DNA of 59,289 nucleotides from Oscillospiraceae bacterium. GTDB taxonomy: Bacteria > Bacillota > Clostridia > Oscillospirales > Oscillospiraceae. Positions 1-10,159 of this stretch are shown piece after piece. Where the stretch lies: assembly GCA_021771265.1 (NCBI GenBank), contig JAETPK010000001.1:1-59289 (forward strand), read 5' to 3'. Under the pieces are notes generated by a model, which saw only the letters and a list, made by a program, of their open reading frames with translations, was not told where the DNA came from and did no database searches. The position numbers were made by a program, and so were the translations under genes. Position 1 is the stretch's first letter; every line of letters starts with the position of its first letter.

Positions 1-738
1 GCCAAGGTCCTGGACCGGGCCGGACAGGCCCAAAGCCGCAACATTCCTGCCGCCACGGACTTTCTCAGTCCCCAGCAGCAGACGCAGGCGCTGGACCTGC
101 TGCGCCTGGCGGGTATTCCGGAGACGGGATATACGCGCCTGGGCGGCTATGAAGGGGCCGAGCGGAGCATCCTGCTGTTTTTGCCGGATTGGCTGGAAGC
201 CGCCGACGCCGGGAGCCAGAGCCCCATCCGGTGCCTGCGGGCAGCCTTCCGGGAGGAGGAAAAGCTGACCCACCGGGACTTCCTAGGCAGTCTCATGGGG
301 ATGGGCATCGTCCGGGAAAAGGTAGGGGATATCCTGGTGGGGCCTGCCGCCGCGGACCTGATGGTGCTGGACACGGTGGCGGAGTTTCTGCTGCAAAGCT
401 GGAGCAGCGCCGGACGGGCCAGGCTGGCCGTCAACGCCATCGAGCCCTGGGAGGTCCGGGTGCCGGAGGTCAAATGCCAGGAGCTGCGGGACACTGTGTC
501 CTCCCTGCGGCTGGACGCCGTGGCGTCCGCCGGCTTCCGCATGGCCCGGGGCAAGGCGGCGGAGCTGGTCTCGTCAGGCCGGGTGCAGGTGAATTGGCGG
601 GAGTGCACGAAGCCGGATAAGCTGCTGGCGGCGGGAGACACCATCTCTGCCAGGGGCTTTGGAAAATTTGAATTGACGGAGGTGGGCGGCGTCACGAAAA
701 AGGGCCGCATCTCCATCGTGCTGAAGCGATATATCTGA
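1..738 (+). CDS. YlmH/Sll1252-family RNA-binding protein with S4 domain (5' end outside window)
   Basis: Frame is open from base 1 (AKVLDRAGQAQSRNIPAATDFLSP...). It contains LTHRDFLGSLMGMGI and the S4 motif SSLRLDAV...GRVQVNW...GDTISARGFGK. Confidence 0.88.
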   Translation, partial: AKVLDRAGQAQSRNIPAATDFLSPQQQTQALDLLRLAGIPETGYTRLGGYEGAERSILLFLPDWLEAADAGSQSPIRCLRAAFREEEKLTHRDFLGSLMGMGIVREKVGDILVGPAAADLMVLDTVAEFLLQSWSSAGRARLAVNAIEPWEVRVPEVKCQELRDTVSSLRLDAVASAGFRMARGKAAELVSSGRVQVNWRECTKPDKLLAAGDTISARGFGKFELTEVGGVTKKGRISIVLKRYI

Positions 739-749
739 GGAGGAGAACC

Positions 750-959
750 ATGGATCAAAAGCAGATCGACCGGATCAACGAGCTGGCCAGAAAGGCCAAG
801 AGCCCCGAGGGGCTGACAAAGTGGGAAGAGGAAGAGCGGGCCGCTCTGCGCCGGGAATACGTGGATTCCGTGCTGGGCAGCCTGCGGGGCCAGCTGGACA
901 ATACCTATATTCTGGACGAGAAGGGGCAAAAGCACAAGCTGAAGAAAAAGGGGGAATGA
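750..959 (+). CDS. DUF896 / YnzC-family small protein
   Basis: IDRINELARKAKSPEGLT..E..ER..LRREY signature; RBS GAGGAG upstream. Confidence 0.88.
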   Translation: MDQKQIDRINELARKAKSPEGLTKWEEEERAALRREYVDSVLGSLRGQLDNTYILDEKGQKHKLKKKGE

Positions 960-962
960 GCC

Positions 963-2114
963 TTGGCCGCGCAGCAGAAAAAAGACAACGACTGGCTTGC
1001 CTGGGTCCTGATCGTGTTCCTGTTTTCCGTGGGGCTGTCGCCCCTGGCGCTGTTGCTGCTGTTTTTCAAGCTGTTTGGCGGCGATGGGAAAAAGAAGCAG
1101 GCGGCCCCGCCGCCTCTCCAGAGCCGGACGGCGGAGCAAACGGCGGTGCCCCGGCAGTCCAGCAGGGCGCGGGCGGCCGTGGAAAAGGTCACCAAAACGC
1201 CCCAGGCGAAGCGGTCCACCGCCCTTTGGCTGAAGCTGGCCGGCGCGGTGCTGGCGGCGGTGGGTGTGATCGCCTGCGTGGAGCCCATTGACATGATGGT
1301 TTGGCTGGGAAGTGCTGAAAGCTATTATATCGAGGACCTGCTGAAGGCCCTGACCATGGTGGTGGGCGGCGGCGCCATGCTTGGCAGCGGCCTTTCCATG
1401 GACCGCCAGCTCAAGCGCCATGCCAAGTACCTCTCTGTCATGGGCGACCGGGAGGCCATGGCGGTGGAGGAGCTGAGCCGGGTCCTGGGATATCCCAAAA
1501 AGCGGGTGGAGAAAGATCTCCAGAAGATGATTGACAAGGGCTATTTCGGCGGCAAGGCCTACCTGAACATGGAGCTGGGCTACCTGTTCCGCAGCGGCCA
1601 GGCGGACGCGGCGTTTCAGGAAAAACGGCGGGAGACCGCGGCCCAGGCTCCCAAAGAGGCGGAGGAGGGATACTCCGGCATCCTGCGGAACATCCGCCGG
1701 GCCAATGACCGCATCGCGGACCCGGTGCTCTCCGCCAAGATCGACCGGTTGGAGGACATCACCGCCAAGATCTTCCGGGCGGTGGAGGAGGACCCCAAAA
1801 AGCGGAGCCGCATCGACACGTTCCTGAATTACTATCTGCCCACCACCCAGAAGCTGTTGGATTCCTACGCGGAATTTGAGGCCGCCGGTGTGGAGGGCGA
1901 GAACCTGCGGCAGGCCAAAAGCCGCATCGAATCCACCATGGACGCCATCGTCAAAGGCTTTGAGCACCAGCTGGACGAGCTGTACAAGGCGGATGCCATG
2001 GATGTGGACAGCGACATCCGGGTCATGGAGACCATGCTGCACCGGGACACCGCATCGGCGGAGCGGGACTTTGGCCTGGGCGGGACTGCCGCCCAGCGGA
2101 AGGAAGAATCATAA
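963..2114 (+). CDS. Membrane protein with C-terminal 5-bromo-4-chloroindolyl phosphate hydrolysis (XpaC-like) domain
   Basis: N-terminal TM segments; C-terminal KIFRAVEEDP...FLNYYLPTTQKLLDSY...DVDSDIRVMETML typical of the XpaC family. Confidence 0.75.
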   Translation: MAAQQKKDNDWLAWVLIVFLFSVGLSPLALLLLFFKLFGGDGKKKQAAPPPLQSRTAEQTAVPRQSSRARAAVEKVTKTPQAKRSTALWLKLAGAVLAAVGVIACVEPIDMMVWLGSAESYYIEDLLKALTMVVGGGAMLGSGLSMDRQLKRHAKYLSVMGDREAMAVEELSRVLGYPKKRVEKDLQKMIDKGYFGGKAYLNMELGYLFRSGQADAAFQEKRRETAAQAPKEAEEGYSGILRNIRRANDRIADPVLSAKIDRLEDITAKIFRAVEEDPKKRSRIDTFLNYYLPTTQKLLDSYAEFEAAGVEGENLRQAKSRIESTMDAIVKGFEHQLDELYKADAMDVDSDIRVMETMLHRDTASAERDFGLGGTAAQRKEES

Positions 2115-2119
2115 ACAGG

Positions 2120-2149
2120 ACCGGCGCGCCGTATGGTGCGCCGGTTTTT
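2120..2149 (+). terminator. Rho-independent terminator
   Basis: ACCGGCGCGCC-GTAT-GGTGCGCCGGT stem followed by a T tract, just after the stop at 2114. Confidence 0.75.
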
Positions 2150-2217
2150 CGTCCGCAATAAACCGTTGCGTGACTTTTAGTGCCCTTTGGCGTATGCTGA
2201 AGGCGGGAGGGATGGAC

Positions 2218-2919
2218 ATGAACACTGTGGCGAAAAATCTGAAGTGCCTGCGCAAGCAGGCGGCCATGACCCAGGAAGAGTTGGCGGAGCGGCTCCATGT
2301 CACCCGGCAGGCGGTCAGCAGCTGGGAAACCGGCAAGACACAGCCGGATATTGAAACGCTGACGGCTCTGGCGGAGACCCTGGGAACGGACGTGAATGAG
2401 TTGATCTGTGGTCCCCGGCCGCGGGTGGGCGTGTATCTCCGATTCCAGCGGCGGTATGTGGCCTTGACCGCGGTATGCGGCGCGGTGCTGCTTCTGAAGC
2501 TGTTGCTGGGGCTGACGCTTGAGCCTTGGATGCTGGAGCGGCGGGCGGCAACCTTCGACATATGGCCGTCCCTGTATTACGGAATGACCGTTCCACCGCT
2601 GGTGTGGCTGGCGGCTGGTGTTGGACTGCCGGCATTGGCCTCCCTCTGGGCGGACCTGCGCGTCCGTGACAACTCCCTCCGGCGGGGACTGGCAGTGGCC
2701 GGGGGATTGTGCCTGCTGCTTTATGGCGGCTGGTTCCTCGCCTGTTGGGCGGGGGTTCCGGATTGGCCGGGAATGGCGCTGTGCCGGCAGTGGGTTTACC
2801 TGCTGCTGAAAGAGAAGACGCTACGGCTGGGGCCGGTGTTTTTAGGCGGTCTGTTCCTTTTCTTGAGCTTGAACGGGGAAAGTGCTTGCGGAAGAGACAG
2901 CAAACCGGGTATAATGTAG
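2218..2919 (+). CDS. XRE-family HTH regulator with C-terminal membrane helices
   Basis: NLKCLRKQAAMTQEELAERLHVTRQAVSSWETGKTQPD HTH_3 motif, then about 4 hydrophobic segments. GGAGG RBS supports the ATG at 2218 rather than the track start at 1876. Confidence 0.8.
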   Translation: MNTVAKNLKCLRKQAAMTQEELAERLHVTRQAVSSWETGKTQPDIETLTALAETLGTDVNELICGPRPRVGVYLRFQRRYVALTAVCGAVLLLKLLLGLTLEPWMLERRAATFDIWPSLYYGMTVPPLVWLAAGVGLPALASLWADLRVRDNSLRRGLAVAGGLCLLLYGGWFLACWAGVPDWPGMALCRQWVYLLLKEKTLRLGPVFLGGLFLFLSLNGESACGRDSKPGIM

Positions 2920-2946
2920 GCAGATCAAAAACAAGGAGCGAGCAGC

Positions 2947-4389
2947 ATGGCAATATTGGATCAATTGGAACCCAAAAACGTATTCCGCTTTTTTGAGCAG
3001 ATGTGCGCCATCCCCCACGGCTCATACAACACGAAGGCCGTCAGCAACTGGTGTGTGGCCTTTGCCAAGGCACGGGGATTGGAGCATTACCAGGATGAAC
3101 TGAACAACGTCATCCTCATCAAGGAAGCCTCCGCGGGCTATGAGGCGGCTGAGCCGGTCATCCTCCAGGGCCACTTGGATATGGTGTGTGAAAAGGCCCC
3201 CGGCTGTACAAAGGACATGGCCCGGGAGGGCCTGGATCTGGCGGTGGAGGGCGACTATATTTACGCCGAGGGGACCACCCTGGGCGGCGATGACGGCATC
3301 GCCGTGGCCATGGCCCTGGCGGCGCTGGATGACGAGTCTTTGCCCCATCCCCGCCTGGAGGTCATCCTCACCACAGAGGAGGAAGTGGGTATGGACGGCG
3401 CCATGGCGCTGGATGTTGCCCCTATCCGGGGCAGGAAGCTTTTGAATTTGGACTCCGAGGCGGAGGGAGTTTTCACCGTCAGCTGCGCCGGCGGCTCCAT
3501 GGCGGCCTGCACGCTGCCGGTGGTCCGGGCTCCTTTCGGCGGTGCGCTTCTGCGGATCCGGGTGGCGGGTCTCACCGGCGGACATTCCGGCGCGGAGATC
3601 CATAAGGGCCGGGCCAACGCCAGCATACTGCTGGGCCGGCTGCTGCGGGCCATGGCGGCGGAGACGGAGCTGCGGCTGGTGTCCGCTGACGGCGGGTTAA
3701 AGGACAACGCCATCCCTGCGGCGGCGGAGGCTGTGGTGGCCGTGGCGGACGGTCAGAGGGCCAGGACCGCGGCGGAGCGTATGGCCGCCTGCTTCCAGAC
3801 GGAGTACAGCTGCTCCGACCCGGCGCTGACGGTGACGGCGGAGGAGGGCGCTGCGGCTGCGTGGCTGCCCATGGACGCTGCCTCCACGGAAAGGGCGGTG
3901 TGTCTGCTGACTTGCGCCCCCAACGGCGTGCAGGCCATGAGCCAGGATATCCATGGCCTGGTGCAGACCTCGCTGAACCTGGGCATTTTGAAAACAGAGG
4001 AGAGGGCCGTGACGGCGTCCTTCTGCATCCGCAGTTCCCTGGACAGCGAGAAGGAAATGCTGAAGGACCGGCTGGCCTGTCTGCTGGCCCAGCTGGGCGG
4101 CGGGGTGTCCTTCTCCGGTGAATATCCCGGCTGGGCATACAAGGCGGACTCCCCTCTGCGGGAGCTGATGACGGAGGTCTACCGGGAGCAGTACGGTCAG
4201 GAACCCAAGGTGGAGGCCATCCACGCGGGACTGGAATGCGGACTGCTGGCGGGCAAGCTGCCGGGTCTGGACTGCGTATCCATCGGTCCGGATCTGCTGG
4301 AGATCCATACGCCCAGGGAGAAGATGAGCATCTCCTCCGTGCAGCGGGTGTGGACATTCGTGGGGGAGGTCCTGCGGAGGTCCAAATAA
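2947..4389 (+). CDS. pepD: Aminoacyl-histidine dipeptidase (M20C)
   Basis: LQGHLDMVCEK, TTLGGDDGI, TTEEEVGMDGA, NLDSE, GGHSG, IHAGLECG and IHTP motifs. Confidence 0.92.
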   Translation: MAILDQLEPKNVFRFFEQMCAIPHGSYNTKAVSNWCVAFAKARGLEHYQDELNNVILIKEASAGYEAAEPVILQGHLDMVCEKAPGCTKDMAREGLDLAVEGDYIYAEGTTLGGDDGIAVAMALAALDDESLPHPRLEVILTTEEEVGMDGAMALDVAPIRGRKLLNLDSEAEGVFTVSCAGGSMAACTLPVVRAPFGGALLRIRVAGLTGGHSGAEIHKGRANASILLGRLLRAMAAETELRLVSADGGLKDNAIPAAAEAVVAVADGQRARTAAERMAACFQTEYSCSDPALTVTAEEGAAAAWLPMDAASTERAVCLLTCAPNGVQAMSQDIHGLVQTSLNLGILKTEERAVTASFCIRSSLDSEKEMLKDRLACLLAQLGGGVSFSGEYPGWAYKADSPLRELMTEVYREQYGQEPKVEAIHAGLECGLLAGKLPGLDCVSIGPDLLEIHTPREKMSISSVQRVWTFVGEVLRRSK

Positions 4390-4431
4390 GCAAACAAAAA
4401 GAGCTGCACAGCAGCTCTTTTTGTTTGCTTA
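4387..4431. terminator. Bidirectional terminator, perfect 21-bp inverted repeat
   Basis: TAAGCAAACAAAAAGAGCTGC-ACA-GCAGCTCTTTTTGTTTGCTTA. The arms include the stop codons of both convergent genes. Confidence 0.85.
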
Positions 4432-4713
4432 CTCGTCTTTTATATCCCGATATTTGATATCTATCGCATTCCGCATGGCACTGGCGTCCTTTTCTGCCTG
4501 GCGGACATCCTTTCCGACTTGAACAGAAATCCAGAGATCGCTGAGGCCAGCGTAAACCAGAAAGACGCCGATAAAGCGGACTACGGTTGTAAAAGCCTCA
4601 AAGGGACCGTACACCAGAATCCCGCCCAGTATCAGCGTGATCGCGCCCAGCAGGGCATACAGTGCCGCGGAGAGCAGCGCATTGGTTTTGACTCGTTTCA
4701 ACAGATCGCTCAT
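4429..4713 (-). CDS. Short DUF308/HdeD-like membrane protein, possibly internally deleted
   Basis: 94 aa MSDLLKRVKTNALLSAALYALLGAITLILGGILVYGPF...FIGVFLVYAGLSDL; AGGTG RBS upstream. Confidence 0.55.
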   Translation of the reverse strand: MSDLLKRVKTNALLSAALYALLGAITLILGGILVYGPFEAFTTVVRFIGVFLVYAGLSDLWISVQVGKDVRQAEKDASAMRNAIDIKYRDIKDE

Positions 4714-4962
4714 AAAATGCCACCTGTGATCCATATGGATCTGGTATACGCCTTTTTCCACGGCTGTGAAGCGCGTTTCATCCCGCGTGAAAATACGGTG
4801 GATACCCGTAGTCAGACAAATCATGGGGAATAGTCAAAATGACAAGAAACGAAAAGAATAATTATTAAAAATGACAAATGCGAACAGAAAATAGAGAATC
4901 AAAGCAGAAAACTTGTGAAAAAATGACCAAAGGAAACCGGCAGATTTCTATATGCGTGTTGT

Positions 4963-5003
4963 TTGTAGTTTAATTGACAAGCTCCCGACCCACAGGCTAT
5001 ACT
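4963..5003 (+). promoter_or_regulatory. Sigma-A promoter of the PFOR gene with an overlapping Rex-like operator
   Basis: TTGACA (4974-4979), 18 bp, TATACT (4998-5003). The 18-bp TTGTAGTTTAATTGACAA (4963-4980) overlaps the -35 box. Confidence 0.6.
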
Positions 5004-5146
5004 AATACATGCAACGAGCATTTACAAAAGCGATACTGCGCAGATTTTCCCCCATCTGGGGGGAGAAATCTGAGGAAATCCCTGAGAAGATACTCCATCT
5101 GAACTCGTTTTGCTTAGACTAAATAACAATAGGAGGAATTAAGTTT

Positions 5147-8100
5147 ATGGCAAAGAACAAAGTGTTCAAGACGATGGACGGTAATGAGGCTGCCGCATAC
5201 GTGTCTTACGCGTTTACCGAGGTAGCTACCATTTACCCCATCACCCCGTCCAGCCCCATGGCTGACCACGTGGATGCGTGGGCTGCCAACGGCAAGAAGA
5301 ACCTGTTTGGCCAGCCCGTGAAGCTGGTCGAGATGCAGGCGGAATCCGGCGCGGCCGGCGCGATGCACGGCTCTCTGGAGACCGGCTCCCTGACCAGCAC
5401 CTACACCGCTTCCCAGGGCCTGCTGCTGATGATCCCTCCCATGTACCGGATCGCCGGCTCTCAGTTGCCCGGCGTTATGCATGTCTCCGCCCGTACCGTG
5501 GCCACCCACTCCCTGTCCATTTTCGGTGATCACTCCGACGTCATGGCCTGCCGTCAGACCGGCTGGGCGCAGCTGGCTTCCTCCAGCGTGCAGGAGAGCA
5601 TGGACATGGCCGCCGTTGCGCACCTGTCCGCCATCAAGGGTTCCATCCCCTTCCAGCATTTCTTCGATGGCTTCCGGACCTCTCACGAGATCCAGAAGAT
5701 CGAGGTTCTGGACTATGAGGACCTGGGCAAGATGCTGGATTGGGACGCCGTTCAGAGATTCAAGGATCACGCGCTGAGCACTGAGCATCCCACCCTGCGC
5801 CACACCCTGCAGAACCCCGACACCTTCTTCCAGTCCCGCGAGGCCTGCAACACCGCCTATGATGCGCTGCCCGCCATCGTTGAGGAGTACATGGGCAAGA
5901 TCAACGAGCTCACCGGCCGCAACTATCAGCTGTTCAACTACTACGGCGCCCCCGATGCTGAGCGCGTTGTGGTAGCCATGGGCTCTGTCTGCGAGACCCT
6001 GACCGAGGTCGTTGATTATCTGGTGGAGCGCGGTGAGAAGGTTGGCTTCATCCAGGTCCACCTGTTCCGGCCCTTCTCCATGGAGCGTCTGCTGGAGAAG
6101 ATCCCCGCTTCCTGCAAGTGCCTGACCGTTCTGGACCGTACCAAGGAGCCCGGCGCTCCTGGCGAGCCTCTGTACCTGGACGTGTGCGATGCCCTGTGGG
6201 AAGGAAAGCGCACCAACATCGAGGCCCTGTGCGGCCGCTACGGCCTGGGCTCCAAGGATACCACTCCCGCCCAGATGAAGGCCGTGTTCGACAACATGCA
6301 GGGTGAGAAGAAGAACCACTTCACCGTCGGCATCAACGATGACGTCACCCACCTGTCCCTGCCCGTTGGCGAGAACATCGTCACCGCCGGCAAGTCCATC
6401 ATCTCCTGCAAGTTCTGGGGTCTGGGCTCCGACGGCACCGTGGGCGCCAACAAGAACTCCATCAAGATCATCGGCGACCACACCGACCAGTACGCCCAGG
6501 CTTACTTCGAGTATGACTCCAAGAAGTCCGGCGGCGTCACCAAGTCCCACCTGCGCTTCGGCCATGAGCCCATCCACAGCACCTACTATGTCACCATGGC
6601 TGACTTCGTGGCCTGCCACAAGCCCTCTTACATCAAGGACTTCGACATCGTCTCCGAGATCAAGCCCCACGGCACCTTCCTGCTGAACACCAGCTGGAGC
6701 GGCGCTGAGCTGGAGGCAAACCTGCCCAACCGTGTGAAGCGCCAGATCGCCGAGCGTGAGATCAACTTCTACACCATCGACGCCACTGCCATCGCCATGG
6801 AGCTGGGCCTGGGCAACCGCACCAACACCGTGCTGCAGGCTGCCTTCTTCAAGCTCTCCGGCATCATCCCCATCGCTGACGCCGTGGGGTACATGAAGGC
6901 CGCTATCGTCAAGTCTTACTCCAAGAAGGGCCAGAAGATCGTCGATATGAACTGCGCCGCCGTTGACAAGGGTGTTGACGCCGCCGTGAAGATCGATGTT
7001 CCCGCGTCCTGGAAGACCCTGGCTGACGACACCCAGGCTCCCGACGCCAACCTGCCGCACTACATCCGTAAGATCCAGATCCCCGTTAACAAGCAGGCCG
7101 GCGATGCCATCCCCGTGAGCGAGTTCATGCCTTACGCCGACGGCGTCACCCCCTCTGAGACCTCCAAGTACGAAAAGCGCGGCATCGCCGTGAAGGTGCC
7201 CCAGTGGCTCCCCGAGAACTGCATCGGCTGCAACAAGTGCGCCCTGGTCTGCCCCCACGCCGCCATCCGTCCCTTCCTGCTGAACGCGGAGGAAGAGGCT
7301 GCGAAGCCCGCCTCCTTCGTCACCAAGGAAGCCAAGGGCAAGGGCTTTGAGGGCCTGACCTTCCGCATGCAGGTCGATCCTCTGGACTGCCAGGGCTGCG
7401 GCGCCTGCGCCAACGTCTGCCCTGCCAAGGAGAAGGCTCTGGTCATGGAGCTGCTAGAGACCCAGATGCCCGAGCAGGAGAACTGGGACCATGCGCTGAC
7501 CCTGTCCACCAAGGCCAACCCCATGGACAAGTTCACCGTCCGCGGCTCTCAGTTCGAGCGTCCTCTGTACGAGTTCAGCGGCGCCTGCGCCGGCTGCGGC
7601 GAGGCCCCCTACATGAAGCTCATGTCCCAGCTGTTCGGTGATCGGATGTTCGTTACCTCTGCCACTGGCTGCTCTTACGTCGTGGGCTCCTCCACGCCTT
7701 CCTTCCCCTACGCGGCCAACGAGAAGGGCCACGGCCCCGCCAACTCCAACTCCCTGTTCGAGGATAACGCCGAGTATGCGCTGGGCATGAAGCTGTCCAT
7801 CGACCAGATGCGCCGTCAGATGGCCGCCCACGCCGAGGCTGTGGTGGCTGCCACCTCCGACGCCGCACTGAAGAGCGCCATCGAGGCCTGGTTGGCCGAG
7901 GGTGATATCGGCGATAAGACCCGCGCCCTGTCCGAGGCGGTCGTGGCTGCTCTGGACGCCACTACTGAGACCTCTGATGACATCGCCTTCATGAAGGCCA
8001 ACAAGGATGTTCTGCCCAAGAAGAGCGTCTGGATGTACGGCGGCGATGGCTGGGCTTACGATATCGGATTCGGCGGTCTGGACCATGTCCTGGCTTCCGG

Positions 8101-8668
8101 CGCTGACGTGAACATCCTGGTGGTCGATACCGAGGTGTACTCCAACACCGGCGGCCAGGCTTCCAAGGCCACCCAGCTGGGCGCTGTGGCGCAGTTCGCC
8201 AACGCCGGTAAGAAGACCGGCAAGAAGGATCTGGGCGCTATCGCCATGACGTATGGCAACGTCTATGTTGCCCAGGTTGCCATGGGCGCCAACGAGCAGC
8301 ACCTCATCACGGCTTTGAAGGAAGCCGAGGCGCATCATGGTCCCTCCCTCATCATTGCTTACGCACCCTGCATCAACCACGGTATCTCCAAGGGCATGGG
8401 CCAGGTCCAGCTGGAGGAGAAGCAGGCCAGCGAGTGCGGCTATTGGCCCCTGTGGCGCTATGTGCCCGAGCTGAAGGACGAGGGTAAGAATCCCTTCATC
8501 CTGACCAGCAAGGAGCCCAACGGCCAGCTGCTGGACTTCATGATGGGCGAGACCCGGTTCGCCTCTCTGACCAGAACATTCCCCGAGACTGCCAAGGAGC
8601 TGTTCGAGGAGGCCCAGGAGTTCTGCGCTAATCGTTACGCCAGATACAAGAAGCTGGCTGAGGGCTGA
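5147..8668 (+). CDS. nifJ: Pyruvate:ferredoxin (flavodoxin) oxidoreductase
   Basis: MDGNEAAA, YPITPSS, EMQAESGAAG, two CxxCxxCxxxCP ferredoxin motifs, FSGACAGCGE, GGDGWAYDIG and DTEVYSNTGGQ; 1173 aa; AGGAGG RBS. Confidence 0.96.
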   Translation: MAKNKVFKTMDGNEAAAYVSYAFTEVATIYPITPSSPMADHVDAWAANGKKNLFGQPVKLVEMQAESGAAGAMHGSLETGSLTSTYTASQGLLLMIPPMYRIAGSQLPGVMHVSARTVATHSLSIFGDHSDVMACRQTGWAQLASSSVQESMDMAAVAHLSAIKGSIPFQHFFDGFRTSHEIQKIEVLDYEDLGKMLDWDAVQRFKDHALSTEHPTLRHTLQNPDTFFQSREACNTAYDALPAIVEEYMGKINELTGRNYQLFNYYGAPDAERVVVAMGSVCETLTEVVDYLVERGEKVGFIQVHLFRPFSMERLLEKIPASCKCLTVLDRTKEPGAPGEPLYLDVCDALWEGKRTNIEALCGRYGLGSKDTTPAQMKAVFDNMQGEKKNHFTVGINDDVTHLSLPVGENIVTAGKSIISCKFWGLGSDGTVGANKNSIKIIGDHTDQYAQAYFEYDSKKSGGVTKSHLRFGHEPIHSTYYVTMADFVACHKPSYIKDFDIVSEIKPHGTFLLNTSWSGAELEANLPNRVKRQIAEREINFYTIDATAIAMELGLGNRTNTVLQAAFFKLSGIIPIADAVGYMKAAIVKSYSKKGQKIVDMNCAAVDKGVDAAVKIDVPASWKTLADDTQAPDANLPHYIRKIQIPVNKQAGDAIPVSEFMPYADGVTPSETSKYEKRGIAVKVPQWLPENCIGCNKCALVCPHAAIRPFLLNAEEEAAKPASFVTKEAKGKGFEGLTFRMQVDPLDCQGCGACANVCPAKEKALVMELLETQMPEQENWDHALTLSTKANPMDKFTVRGSQFERPLYEFSGACAGCGEAPYMKLMSQLFGDRMFVTSATGCSYVVGSSTPSFPYAANEKGHGPANSNSLFEDNAEYALGMKLSIDQMRRQMAAHAEAVVAATSDAALKSAIEAWLAEGDIGDKTRALSEAVVAALDATTETSDDIAFMKANKDVLPKKSVWMYGGDGWAYDIGFGGLDHVLASGADVNILVVDTEVYSNTGGQASKATQLGAVAQFANAGKKTGKKDLGAIAMTYGNVYVAQVAMGANEQHLITALKEAEAHHGPSLIIAYAPCINHGISKGMGQVQLEEKQASECGYWPLWRYVPELKDEGKNPFILTSKEPNGQLLDFMMGETRFASLTRTFPETAKELFEEAQEFCANRYARYKKLAEG

Positions 8669-8709
8669 GCCTCTGCCTGACGCTTATCTGTGCGGCACAG
8701 CATCATAAA

Positions 8710-8745
8710 AAAGGAGCGGTACCCGATCTCGGGTGCCGCTCCTTT
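8710..8745. terminator. Rho-independent terminator after nifJ
   Basis: AAAGGAGCGGTACCCGA-TC-TCGGGTGCCGCTCCTTT. Confidence 0.8.
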
Positions 8746-8923
8746 CAGCTTGTCAAAGGACCACGCCAAAGGCGTGGATTTTCTGGTACAATGGAAGCAA
8801 GGGATGAAAAGAATGGAAAAAAGATTCTCGGAAAGCGCCCGTCCTAAGCAGGACAGGCGCTTTTGGAATAGGGCAGAGAAAGATCGCTGTTCTCCGATCC
8901 GCGGAGGAACAGCGGCCTTCGTA

Positions 8924-9385
8924 TTATTTCCCCAGTTCCCTGCGGACAGCCTGCCGCAGCAGGGCCTGTCCATCGGGGGAGCGGAGCACGTCCAGCACCG
9001 CGGCGCGGACCACGCTCTGAAAGGACTTGCTGTTCAGCAGGGCGCTGAACACGGCACTGTCCTGACCGCCGCCGGAGGACTGGACCACCACCGGAGCCTC
9101 GGGCCGCTTGGGCGCCGGTGCGGGGGCGGGGGTCTCCTCGGCGTAGGCTTGCTCCAGCCAGGTGCCCTGACCTTCTTCCCGAACATCCGCTTCGCCTCGG
9201 AGATAGGCCAGGGTAACGCCGAAGAACTCCGCCAGCTTTTTCTGCTGGTCCTGAGAGGGCGTCTGCCGCCCGGTCTCAAATTTTTCCGCCGCGTTTTTGG
9301 GGAAACCCAGAGCGGAGGACAGGGCGGGGCGGCTGAGGTTCCGCTCTGTCCGCAGGGTTTCAATGCGCTGTGCCATGGTGACCAT
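8924..9385 (-). CDS. XRE-family HTH transcriptional regulator
   Basis: RIETLRTERNLSRPALSSALG...EKFETGRQTPS...LAEFFGVTLAYLRG; AGGAGG RBS before the ATG at 9385. Confidence 0.8.
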   Translation of the reverse strand: MVTMAQRIETLRTERNLSRPALSSALGFPKNAAEKFETGRQTPSQDQQKKLAEFFGVTLAYLRGEADVREEGQGTWLEQAYAEETPAPAPAPKRPEAPVVVQSSGGGQDSAVFSALLNSKSFQSVVRAAVLDVLRSPDGQALLRQAVRRELGK

Positions 9386-9529
9386 TGTGTGATTCCTCCT
9401 GAAACTCAATCTTTGGAATGCCGCTGCCGGATGACGGAGAAAGCCTCCGCGGCGGCTGCGGCCATGTCCTCTCCGGCGAGGGCATGGCTGATAAAATAAA
9501 GGCGTGTGGAAAAGGACTGCCTGGGAAGC

Positions 9530-9976
9530 TTATTCGGAGATGCTTTGGTAGAACCGGACCGCGCCGGCTACATCTTCCGGGGAGGGGTGGCCCTTGGAAA
9601 TGCCGCCCACCAGCCGGAAGGGGCCGAAGGTGTCAAAGCCCAGGCAGCCGTATTCGCCGAGGATCTCGGCGTTTTTCGCGCGGGCGATCCGGGAGATGGC
9701 ATTTGTGTAGCTCTGGTTTTTTGTCCCGCAGGTGTAAAGAAAAAATACCGGCTTTCCCGCGGGCAGGCATGCTTCTGCCAGACGCAGGACGCTTTTGTGG
9801 AACTTGGAATAATAAATGCCGGAGGCGAAGCCGATCCGGTCATAGCTGCCCAGGCTGGCATCCTCCGCGGCCGCGGCGTCGATCAGGTCTATGCCGCCAA
9901 AGGCTCCCGCCAGGGCATCCACAAGCTGTTTCGTGTTGCCATGATGTCTGGAATAGTAAACAATGGCTGTTTTCAT
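9530..9976 (-). CDS. Flavodoxin-domain protein
   Basis: IVYYSRHHGNTKQL FMN-binding loop, IGFASGIYY, GFDTFGPF...GGISKGHP. Confidence 0.85.
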   Translation of the reverse strand: MKTAIVYYSRHHGNTKQLVDALAGAFGGIDLIDAAAAEDASLGSYDRIGFASGIYYSKFHKSVLRLAEACLPAGKPVFFLYTCGTKNQSYTNAISRIARAKNAEILGEYGCLGFDTFGPFRLVGGISKGHPSPEDVAGAVRFYQSISE

Positions 9977-10159
9977 AAGCGATTCTCCTTGATTCGTGGC
10001 AGTATAAAAATTATACTATAAAAAATGACCGCGGGCAAGTGCGCAGAATGCCCATACCTGGTATCGGCGGAATGACTGCGTTTTCCGTAAAACAGTGGAC
10101 ATTCAGACAGCGGCATGATAAAATAATACATCTATTTTTCAATAACGCGGGGGGCGGAT

